NCBI GenBank assembly: GCA_965285935.1
Contig: OZ260663.1
Location: forward strand, 104,470,001-104,534,000
DNA from: Ophelia neglecta
Taxonomy: Eukaryota
DNA: 64,000 bases
Reading direction: 5' to 3'
A program made the translations under genes and the position numbers. The notes under the pieces were generated by a model. That model ran no database searches. It was not told the DNA's origin and worked only from the letters and a program-made list of their open reading frames with translations. Shown one piece after another: positions 25,779-38,000 of the stretch. Position 1 is the stretch's first letter. Each line of letters begins with the position of its first letter.

Positions 25779-26289
25779 TCCACAAAGTCACTTTGCTCCT
25801 CTGCAATACATAGTCACATGGCCTGTTAACTAAACACGCTCAACCCACGTTAGATGAGCTCGCTGTGTAAACAGCACAAGTCATCGCTCTATGATAGGGT
25901 ATCGTGTCCTTATCGATGCACTGTATGTTCACCCACTTATTAGAATTTACGACGTTCGGCTAGGCCGATCTCGAGCTGGTACTAGAATTAAACTAAGCAG
26001 ACGTTATGAGCTAATCACTAAGAGCGTTCTATACACAGTCAGTATTCTAACCACGTCATTAGAAGCAACAGAAAAATTAAGCTTGTATAATGTATTAATT
26101 ACTGAAGGTTATAAATATATATAAGAGTAAAAAGAATTCGTAATGCAATTGATTAAACATCAACATGTAGTTTCCTTTAGAGCATTTATTGGTTTTAATA
26201 GATTAACCATTTTTATTGTCAAACCTGATTTAAGCCTCCAATACAGCACATTGTAATACTGTTTTCTTTTCCCATGGTTAGTGAAATGA

Positions 26290-26676
26290 TCAAGTGTAGG
26301 ACTTGTATTTTCGCCATATCGCGAAGAAACGGTACTGCTTCTGTGAAGAAGAAACATGCATAATAGCTAAGGTCTTAGTTAATAATGGAAGATTTATCTT
26401 CTCAATGGTAATAGGACATACTTAATATTTGTGTGAGACTCTAAAACTGGAATGAATACCTGGCATATTTTTCTTAACAAATTCAATGTTTATACTAGAA
26501 CAATTATTCAAAACTGTAATTCGAGTTAATATTCATTTACCATGTTAACCTTGTTAACAAATTGCGGTTGCTTGCTTGACACACATCTAACAGCCAGAAA
26601 GACTTGCTGATCGGCTGTAATACTGTCTATCATGTAGTACGCAGCATAGAACTGACCGGACCGGGTGATTCCGTCT
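26290..26676 (-). pseudogene. Orphan last two exons of a further PTP D2 paralog (relic, or alternative terminal exons)
   Basis: 26541-26676 is a 136-bp AG/GT-bounded open exon, DGITRSGQFYAAYYMIDSITADQQVFLAVRCVSSKQPQFVNKVNM, homologous to 13033-13168; 26290-26340 starts KQYRF like the terminal exon MQYHFL. Confidence 0.75.
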
Positions 26677-26904
26677 CTACAGCACAGCAAAACTCATTGG
26701 TGGTAAAGAAGTATTTCTTTTGCAATTCGCTCTGGTAAATTCTAGCCATACTGCAACATTAATGTGTGTGTCTTGGATCTAGCCAAATACGAATTTGTCA
26801 TATACACCCAATAATTATATTTTACTATGTATGTCGGAGGAATTGAATCATCTACTTTTGTGGCTTGTTGATTGCTTTTGTTATTATGTTGGCATGTCAT
26901 TATT

Positions 26905-27070
26905 ATATTCCAGTCTAGGTAGCGCACGGTTGGGTCGTAGGTGTTATGCCAACGCAGCGGGACCAGTACACCGAGTGATATAGATGGGATAAACACTAAT
27001 ATGGTCAGACATACATTCCTGGCTGATGCAACATTGGCCGAACAGTGATAATTTAGAGGCCATATAACGG
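26905..27070 (-). pseudogene. GPCR pseudogene fragment (TM4-ECL2 region), paralog of the 4756-5796 gene
   Basis: FIPSISLGVLVPLRWHNTYDPTVRYLDWN aligns with FLPSIALGVVVPLLWHNSYDPTVCYLDWN; the rest of the gene is missing. Confidence 0.85.
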
Positions 27071-29042
27071 CTTGATTGGAGATCTAATAGTAAAACAGAA
27101 ATACCAAATGTACAACAATGAACAGAGTGCATGTACAGGAAACTCATAAACGATGAGTAATTCTACCATTACGACCTACAAGTATATCATTTAGAGTGGG
27201 TCAAAAAAACAACACTTTTTAAAAAGTTATGATCCCCGGGTGGTTAGGGTTTCCTTTTGGATAAAGTCTTATTTTTGTGGAGACAATTTGAAGGTCCCAC
27301 ACAGCCTCTTACTTCACGGAATTTAAATTGAACATTTATATTGTTTATTCTTTGTTTATTATGCTAACCAGAGGCTTGACTGAATGTGGTTTATATTGCT
27401 TAGTAAAGTGACATTTTCCACTGACTTAAGCTACAACGGAACATCTCCCATCTACTGGCGCTCATGAGTATTGAACTAACTGACTCTTGCCACTACATTT
27501 CTCTGTTTGCATTAGAATTATTATAGTTTTCCTCTAAGCTGTAACTGATTTTTATCATTCGAAGTAGAACCTATTTACTTTTTAATTGACTATTCTGGAT
27601 CAGATCTTCTGAAATACAGAATCCGGTGAGTTGCCATTCATTAAGTAATAGATATATACAATTCTACTAAATATCATCTTATATATCCTTCAAGGCATAC
27701 TGCAATCCATACAACTACCATAACCATCGACACGCCTGTACAATTGATACTCAGTGTCTTGAGTTGACATTATACATGGAGAAATATGTATGATATGTTT
27801 ATCATGAATTTTATTAGCAATACCAGCAACACAGAGGCGCCATGAACAAGAAAGATATAAGCCATAGATTCATTCCTATACGAAAACCGTTGTATATGTA
27901 TTGGAATCTATAAAGCTCATTAATGCTTAATTAACTCGCAATACACATCAATGGTATTGTAATATTTCTACCTATTTATGAATCATATAACTAGCTCGAA
28001 GAACATTCTAGTCGTTAGAAACTCTGGAATACCGGTTTACACCGCACAAAAAAACTAGTCCATTGTATGCCGTGAAGCCAATCCGTCCAATCACAGATAA
28101 TATATATTGACCAGTACATAAACTACAGTTATTCAAAAAATGTCACTTGGTGTAATTTGTATGTTCATCAAACACATATTTATCAAAAACAGGTAGTTTT
28201 CATTTGTAATAAATCAAATATAACAAATCATATTTGCATATAGTCACTGAGAGGGCCAGAAATACAAAATGAGTCTGTCTATGATAGCTGACACTTTAAT
28301 ACAATTTACACCTTAGCATATGAATATTACACGTATAACACAATAAGCTAAATAGATAGCAAAGTCTGTTTCTACGTGCACCTCCCGTTTACCAAATATG
28401 TTAACTAAATAGAAAGCAAACAGTTACTCCAACCATAGTATAAAACATACTATCCATGTGTATATATTCTGTATTCATTATACTGCATTTCAGAAAGAAC
28501 TAACATTAAATATTTCAAATGTATGTTTGGAAATATAAAGAATATACTTCTAAAAGATATAAGCCATAACTGTTTAAACATTTCACACAGGCATTTGGTT
28601 AAACATTTTTATTCGCTTAAAAGCTTGAAAATAAATCTAATTTTTATAACAAAAAGCTATAATATCTACCATATTGCATGTTTGAAAATAAGCTCGTTAA
28701 AACAAAAAGGTATAGGTAATACCAGGTGGACAATATACCCTTGTACAATCGTGCTTTTGCATGTCGATAATTTGTGTTATATACCTTACATTATTATACT
28801 ACTAACATCAGAGCATGCTTTCACTAAAAATTACATGACAACATGCACGGCACTGACCGCCAGGAGACGATGGTGTCCCATCTTATTATATATGTTTTAT
28901 ATTTGCTTAAACGCATCAATATTGTTCTACGTGTGTAATAGAAGTAAGCAAGTCTATACTTTTTATCAAATAAGTGATTTCTATGAAGGCGTAGCTCTCA
29001 AAAGAAAGAATTCAGTATAACGGTGATTTCTTTCAGTTATAA

Positions 29043-32000
29043 TCAAATAAGATCAAAGGATGTATATGGTGGTTTTGAGCATTGCGCCACATCGTACAGA
29101 AAATGGTATTGCATCTGAAAAAAAGGCAGGAAAATCCGCTCTTTTATCGTCAGTAACATGAAGAAGTCACATAGGAAATCCTAGGTAGTTTGCTTTACAG
29201 TAATGACTGGATATGATTTGTTTTAGTAGTTAAAGAGAGCGCATTCCGTTCCAACATTTCCTGATCGGCGGCTCTATTAATTCATTACTTTCATGCATAA
29301 CACTGCACCCAATATAATTGAATTAGACGCTATGAGATCATTATCATAAGTGTACTATTAATAGATACTTACCAATGTGTTGACGAATTCCGGTCTATTG
29401 GCCGAAACGCATCTCGCAGCCAGGAAAACATCTAACTCCTGATCTGCTTTCATTTTCTCCAGCATATAGTATGCAGCACAAAACAGACCTGACCGAGTGA
29501 TCCCGTCTCTAAAACGCATAGAATTTGTTTCTGTGCAGCTAGTCTAGGCAAAGTAACATTGTACTGCATTGCTTTCAATTTAAAGAAGTCGCACATTTCA
29601 CGTGCTTACTCTTCATGTTTTGATGAGAAATACTTAGACTACTAGTATTTAGTCTATCATTATTCTGTAAACAAAACCTCTCATGTTGTGCTAACTTACT
29701 CGCAATGCACAAGAATATTCCCACCGGTGCTATTGGCATAGCTCATCACAGTATCAATGAGATCAACTAGTGATCGTATGTTTGGCAGGTCTTGAACAGC
29801 CGGCCAATCCAACAGGTGGAAATGTGTGATGGTCCTCGGTTCTTCGTTGGTCTGGAAAGAAGAGTTGTATTAATTATACTAAATACATGTTTCTTGCTAC
29901 TTAATGCTGACTAAATGATATTGAACATATTTCAATATTAAGGGTTGCCCTATTTCAATGTATTCGGTATTATAACTAGACCGGGATGTTTTAAAATGCT
30001 AACAGTCGTTTTGAGTTAAATCATCAAATGTGTAGTAGTATATACTGTTTTCGTATTCTTTAGACTCAAGTCCCGCTTCACAAATGGTCCTATAGTATCT
30101 AGTGATATGCATTTAATCAAAAGATCTCCAAATCTTTGCTCTGGTTCATTGATTTCCGGCCAATATACTGTTTGGGTCTGGAATAGGAAATATCACAATT
30201 AAATAAATTATCTTTCATCGTACCTGTCTTCGTGGTAAAATAAACAAAGAATATAATATACCTCTACCGTATTGACAGGGGGATCGAGCATGACTATGGT
30301 CGTACGTCTGTATTGGTAAACAAGTCTCCAAAAGTCGTTCACTCTGTTGACAGGAGGGGTCCTTTTCGTGTATAAACCATTGTTAGTGTGGAAACTCTGC
30401 CAAAAATAACAGCGCCGTCGTTTAAGAACCATTAATTCATACTGGCATGACAGAAAGCCTCCAAAGCCAGGATTATCACTAATTAGTACTTGATTTTCAT
30501 CAACAGTTTATTTAATTTTCCTAAACTAGAAACATTCTTACATCGACAAACACGCCATTGATGCTTCTTTTGTCATGGACTTCGGACGATATCAGTGTGG
30601 GACTCGTATCTTCATGAAATTAGAATATGCAAATTAAATCAAACAGATTAAAAAGAAATCATTATAGACGTGTAACTATAGAATCACGGAACAGTGAAAC
30701 TCCTCCATCATTCCAACATACCAAAGTCAGTACCTGTCTCATGTTTAGGAAAACTATCCGCTTCTGCTCTTTGAACATCTTTCATCTGTTTCAAATGTTG
30801 TAAGACCTTTTATCGAATTAAACATATTTACATATAAAAAAGGAGACATACATAAAGCAAGTAGTAACTAATATTGCATTAAATATGTCCGTAACCATCA
30901 AGAACAGTGCCCTGTGAGCTCTCAAACATCGCTACCCAGTACTCTTGGATAAAACAAGACTAGGTGAATTTGTTTCGAAAATCCAAAGACCAAAGAAGGA
31001 GGGGTGTAATATATTCCCATAGTAGTGCATAGTAGGGTTCAGCTGATCAATGTGAGTGAAGTTTGACCAGTTTGTAAAAGATGGTGTTTTGGAATTTAAA
31101 TTTTATTACTGTAAGGTTTCCTGTTGAACTGCTATGAACATGTTTGATGGTAAATATGCTTTTATCTGGCAATAGAAACTTATAAAAGAACAGTTTTATC
31201 AGTTTCATCCGAAAGCATAATATAAAAATTCAAGACAATAAACATGGAGAATGTTAAGTTTTCATATACATTGAATTCACGATGGATTTGGCTAGTTGAC
31301 AAGGTTTGGTCCTCAGCAGTCATATCAGTCAGTCGTTGTTGGAGCTCACTAATGGGGATAGCGGTGTCACCCGTAGTGGCAACCTCCAGCATGGCGGTGT
31401 AGAGGAATATATACTGGTCCTGATAGGCATGAAGATTAAGAATAAAGTATTCGTATTTATCGAACAAGATTTAACATCGAAGCATTAAAAGCTGACATAG
31501 CACATTGCTAATTATTTGGGAACAATGATGAATGTTAGTAATATATATATAACTGTGAAAGCCAGAGCCGCATGTGGCACAGGCTGCACAGAACAGTCAA
31601 CTTTTTTCCAATTTTAGGTGGTTTCTTCGGTATATGGATCACTGCTTTTCTGTAGAGAGTGGGATAAAGTATGGGAGAGTGATCTCTTGGTGTTTTCCTA
31701 CGGATATTTTTCAAGTGATTGGAGCTTTTTAGTGTTTTCTGTCCATCACAGTGACTTTGTATATTTGTCAACATTGTACGCCAGATGCCATAATAGGGAG
31801 CTAATCACCCTTTCTACCAGACTGACATGTCTTACCCCTGTGCATGCTTGTTATTCGTTATGTGCTTGGGTACAGCTCAAGGAGGCGCACGCTTGGTGTA
31901 CTCCAGAGAACAGCTTGTGTCACTTAAGCCTGGAGGTGGGATCAGCGCTTTCTCACCAGTCACCCAGCCTGTCCAGTCAGTTATCAGAAGGAACAAGGCA

Positions 32001-35000
32001 GGGGTCAACGAACCAAAGCAGTGCCTCATTGACTCTGGGCCAGGTAAAATACCTACTCTGGTTAGTATACACAGGTGTCCACAACTACAGCCAACAAGAC
32101 CTCCCAGGTACTTAAAGGAAATTCCCCAGCTGCGGAATCCTGTAAACTGTGAAAAACTGACTTGCACTACCAATGGAACAGACTCAAATCTGTCTGTATG
32201 TGTTTTCAATGCAAGATCAGTAAAAAATAAAACAACTTTAATAAATGACCACATTGCTTCAAATGACCATGATATTATTGGTATTACTGAGACTTGGTTG
32301 CGTCCCGGGGACGCAGACACAGTGACTGTCGGAGACTTAGTTCCACCAGGTTATGATTTTCACCATCTGCCAAGGGAATCTGGATATGGTGGAGTCGGCA
32401 TTATCTTCAAGGAATCAATAAAATCAACAAAGGGTACTTTGCAAAGAAACAAAATTTTTGAAGCCATTGACATTGCATTGAAAACAGAAATACCCACACA
32501 TGTAATTGTGGTTTATAGACCTCCGCCCTCTGCCAGGAATAAGTTAACTGTATCACAATTTCTTGATGAATTTAGTGCATTCTTAGAAGTTAAAACATTA
32601 ATACAAGGACATTTGCTTATATTGGGTGACTTCAATTTTCATGTCACTGATAAATCAGATTCCTGTGCTCAGAGGTTTAATGATCTCATTCAGTCTTGTA
32701 ACTTGCAGCAGCATGTGTCAGAACCTACTCATGAAAGTGGCCATTGCCTGGATCTGGTGCTTACCAGAGCTGATCAAACATGTATTAGAGACCTCCATGT
32801 GGCATGTCCAATCTCGGACCATTTTGCAATTCACTGTAATGTATACTCTAGTAAGCCACAGAATGAAAAGTGTCAAATAAAATATAGAAGTTTCAAGGCT
32901 ATTGACATGGAGAAACTTACGGAAGATATTAGGTTGTCTCCCCTTGTCTCAAAATTGAGAGATACTCACGATACACCAGTACATATATTGGTTGACAGTT
33001 ATAACACTACACTCAGTGCCATTCTGGACAAGCATGCCCCTGTTAAGACAAAAGTTGTCACAAAAAGGGTTAAATCTCCTTGGTATTCTGATGATATTGC
33101 TCAGGCCAAGCGTTCTAGAAGGAAACTGGAACGCCTCTGGAGACGCACCAAACTGGTCGTACATCGGCAGATGTATCGGACTCAGTCAAATCTGGTGTGT
33201 GACATGATTGATTCTGCTAAACAGGAGCATTACACAAATAAAATTCAAGAAAATCCCGCAGATCAAAAAACCTTGTTTAAGGTTATTGATTCGCTCCTCC
33301 ATAAAGAGAAAGTATCTCCACTTCCAACTTGTAGCTCTAGTGAAACCCTTGCAGAGTCTTTCTCAAACTTTTTCTCTGAAAAAATTTCCAAAATTCAGAG
33401 TGGGCTTCAGATAGCCCGGAGGTCTTATCAGTCTCCATCATCAGAGGATAGTCTTTTCTCTGGTGAATCCCTGCAATGTTTTTCTCTAACGTCTCCTGAT
33501 GAACTGAGGAAAATCATCCTTAATGCTCCCCAGAAATCCTGCGAAGTTGACCCATTGCCAACTTGGTTGTTGAAGGAGTCGCTTGATGACCTTTTACCAG
33601 TTTTGACTCACATAATTAATCAGTCATTCAGGGCAGGTGTGGTCCCACATAAATTAAAAGAGGCTGTTGTTAGGCCATTGTTGAAAAAATCAAATCTTGA
33701 CAAAGAACAACTCGGTAACTTCCGGCCTGTTTCAAACCTATCATACTTGTCTAAGCTAGCGGAACGAGTTGTGGCAAATAGGTTGACCAGTCATTTGAGT
33801 GTCAACAATCTTGATGAACCATTTCAATCTGCCTACAAGAAAAATCATAGCATTGAGACAGCTTTAATACATGTCCAAGATGACATACTTTGTTCTCTCG
33901 ATGAGAAAAAGAGTGTTTTGCTCGTTCTTTTAGATTTATCTGCCGCTTTCGATACGGTGAGTCATTCTACATTGTTAAATCGGTTACAAAATAGGATAGG
34001 TATTGGAGGCGTTGCCCTGAAGTGGTTTGAGTCGTATCTGAGCGACAGAACACAAAGTGTCAATATAGATGCATACTCATCTAAACCTCGTTTGTTAGCA
34101 TGTGGGGTGCCACAGGGAAGTGTTTTAGGCCCCCTTTTATTTTCAATTTACACGCTCCCACTTGGCGATATAATGAGGACCCACCAGGTATTATATCACC
34201 TGTACGCTGACGACACTCAGCTTTATGCTGCCTTTCACCCCAATCACCTCGGTCAGGTTCGTACAAATCTCGAGCAGTGTCTTGATCACGTCAGGTGCTG
34301 GATGGCGCACAACCTCCTCAAGCTGAACGATACCAAGACGGAGTTCTTGATTATCAAGCCAAAAAGAATAGCCTGTGAGGTTCCAGAGACTATCCGCGTC
34401 GGTGAATCCACTATCGTTGCCTCTCCATCAGCCCGCAACATTGGTGCAGTTTTCTCAAATGACTGCTCACTGGATTCCCATATTAACAAAGTGTGTAGAA
34501 ATGCATTTTTACACTTGCGAAATATCTCAAAAATTAAGAGATACCTATCCAAAGAGGCACTTTTAACAATCACTCATGCCTTTATTACATCAAAGCTTGA
34601 TTCATTAAATGCTTTGTACACCGGGCTGCCCGAATCTCAGATAGCAAAACTTCAACGGGTACAAAATGCGGCTGCCCGAATGATAACAGGCTCATCTTAC
34701 AGGTCTCACGTAACTCCCCTTCTGAGAGACCTGCATTGGCTTCCTGTAAAACAGCGTATAGAGTACAAGATATACCTGTTAACATACAAGTGCCTTCACG
34801 GTCAGGCACCGGGCTACTTGTCTTCCCTGATTTCTAGATACTGTCCTGCACGAAGTCTCAGGTCCAGTAGTCATTTTAATCTTGATTTGCCACGCGTCAG
34901 GACTACTACCTATGGTCACAGACGCTTTTCATATGCTGCTCCAATGTTATGGAATCAGCTGCCTGTCAACGTTAAGCTTGCTGACACATTGACTGATTTT

Positions 35001-38000
35001 AAGAAAAAATTGAAAACTCACCTGTTTAAACTTGCATTTCAATTATAAGTCAACTCTTATTTTATAAGTTACTTACCTCTTATTCTTGTAAACTTCTTTT
35101 AATGATTCTAGTCGTTTTTAGTATTATCAGAAACTATTTTATTGTTTCTACCACTGATTGTACAGCGCCCTTGATCAAGTTTTTAAACCTGGAAATGGCG
35201 CTTTATCAAATGTATATAATAATAATAATAATAATAATAATATATATATTCAATCAGGAATAATGTTAATAGTCTATTCAGTATTGGTAGCCAGGCTTCT
35301 GTCTTATCAGTAATTTTAAACATCACAGTAGGTTAACATGGATAAAGGCAAGGATGAGCTCTTTAGTATTTAAAAACAGCATTATATTAATTAACATTAA
35401 TTAAAGCTTAATCAAGGGATTACGATTTTTATAACCCATGGGCCAACCGAACTTTAATCGTTTACCAATGTTTGAACCATCTTCATCCTTTCGCGTCTCA
35501 TTTGACAGACAAAGGTGAAGACATTGATTTGAGACTCGGCCTTTGCCTGCTGCATCAGATAGTCCAGGGCGATAAACGTCCCTGTTCTCCCTATGCCAGC
35601 GCTATAAGTTTAAACATTTTGTGCAGAATGAAAGGGTTTATATATTCGGCAAACAATAAGCTATTTGTCTAATTGTATCATTGCCTAATTGCATCTTCCG
35701 GCCTGGTATTTATAGAAACACACACAATGCAAATATCCCTCCGCTGTACTAACAGTGAATTACCAAAGCACCATTATAAATTATTTTGTACCTGCAGTGG
35801 ACTATTATAGGCCCTGCACTGGCCCTGTCAAATGACCTGACCTTTCTCCGAAAGGCGAGCAGGGCGTGGGCGTGCTTCGGGGTCGATTTGTCCGGCCATC
35901 TTAAGAACTGCAGATGTCGGACAACTCTTGTGTCGTTCTTACCGTTCAAATTATAAATGATATATACAGATTAATAAAGATATTTGTAATTAATTATCTT
36001 GTGCCTACACGCATTAGGTATGTCAAACAATGAAAGTGAGTAAATGCCATATACTGAGTCGTATTTATCAATAATTAGGAACCAAAGTGTAAAACATATA
36101 TCCCTGACCCCTCTAGTGATATTCAGCACACAAAATGTGTAGTCAGCTAGGGTTTCTCTTCTTACAGTTTCGACCAAAATTTCATTGTAGCTGTGTTCTG
36201 TACCAACATCCTCCGGCCAGTATTGTTCACTCTTTCTCTAGAAAAGTCTTCATATTTTTATTGAGGTCGGGCATGACAGTATATACGTATATTGTGATTT
36301 GAGTACGAGGTTCCAACAAGCAGTTGATAGGACATTGACGGGGCAATATATTATATCTTACTATCAATATATATCGCTTAGCATGGAGTCAAAACTAAAT
36401 TAAACATAATAATTGTTGTTCTTCATATTCATGTATACCCTTCCGTTTTCAAATGCTCTTGTAAGCATAACTATCCTGTTAGCCTCAAGTTGCCATATCA
36501 TTGCCCAGAACTCGCCCGTGGTGTGCTTTGTGGGTGCTGACATGAGAAATTATAAAATCAAGCGTTAAATTTATAGACCGTCTGCAACACGAAAGTATAA
36601 GCATAGAAATAACTAAACAAATATAAAATAATATACCTTGTGTGGCGACATATGCTCTATTCGCGTCATATCCCTGAAAACCAAAATTAACCGAACAAGA
36701 TGGAGAGCGAATAGTTTGTGGTATAAGGTTATGTCTTTGAACTTTGCAAAACCGACCTATTTATTGTTATTAAACACATCATAATGAGTTACATTTCACA
36801 CATACCGTAATGAAGTTGGCGTTAATGTAGTCAGAAGCTTCTTTTATGTTTTTAATAAGAACAACGCGAGTGGAATCATCTGAAAATATGCCGAATATGA
36901 CTGCAAACCTCGAGATTAATTTGAATGACCGTTTTTCATTTTAAACCATTGCATTGCTAGCTTGAATTGTAATTTCACGAGATTCGTTATTGTTAAACTG
37001 TTGACGCCACTTTGCCGGTGTTTGGTAATTTTAGATCGAATTAATGGCCTATTTTGTTCATGATTTTTGAGGGGTCTGCCGGTTACCAGTCCTGTTTTTT
37101 TCACTCACAAGCTCGGATATTTGTAAACCTATTTCTCAACTTATTCTCAGGCAGGCTAGCAGCAATACAATCTAGCATTTCTGTACTTGGTATCGCCTGT
37201 AAGAAAGCGAACACTATATAACCTTAATGTTATTTATATATAATGTCTTCGAGTTCGATAATAAACACAGAAATAAAATGCATGCCCTCTATCACAAATG
37301 TATTGACATACGTTGAATTCTTCGCTGAATCCATTGTCAACCTTCCCCTTGTTAACATACGACTGGAGCTTGGATAGTTTTATAATTGTACGTTCCAACA
37401 CAACGGGTGTATTGACATTGGCATAAATAACATCATCTGTTCCTTCACCGTTTCTTGGAACCATTACAGCTTTGTTATTTCTGTCTTCAACATCATTATC
37501 CCGTGGCATTTCTATTGCAAATGACATTTTAGTATTTTCTGATGGGCTTGTTAGGATTTCTGGAGCCAGAAATTATGCAGTCATTATAGATATGCAACCG
37601 TCATCTACAGATACTGTATGTCGAATTGTCCCTAGCGAAAATGATGACAGTATTTGTTCAATCTGGGACTTGATGTTAACGGAGAAAAACACGAAAGGTT
37701 ATTTTAAAACATCTGGTCAGTGGGTATATTGATTTACCTGAGGTAGCCTGCGACGTAGATTGGTTGGTCAAGATAGTTCCAGCCATCACAGAAAGAGTGT
37801 GTTCCGGGATGTTGTCTTTACGTGAGGTTCTGTTTCTGTCGGATATGAAGCACATCATATTGTGTGTGCAGACATAAACATTATATTATCGAAGTCAATT
37901 GGGAATGTCATTATATTCAAGTCTATGCTGTAATTATCACAATACCTGTTGAGGAGCAAGAAGATTCCGATGCCTACAAGTATAACCACTAACACGGAAA

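Noticed and set aside
28523-29020. 165-aa plus-strand ORF
   Set aside because: Antisense to B's 3' region; the homologous A sequence (~12041) hits a stop after about 12 codons.
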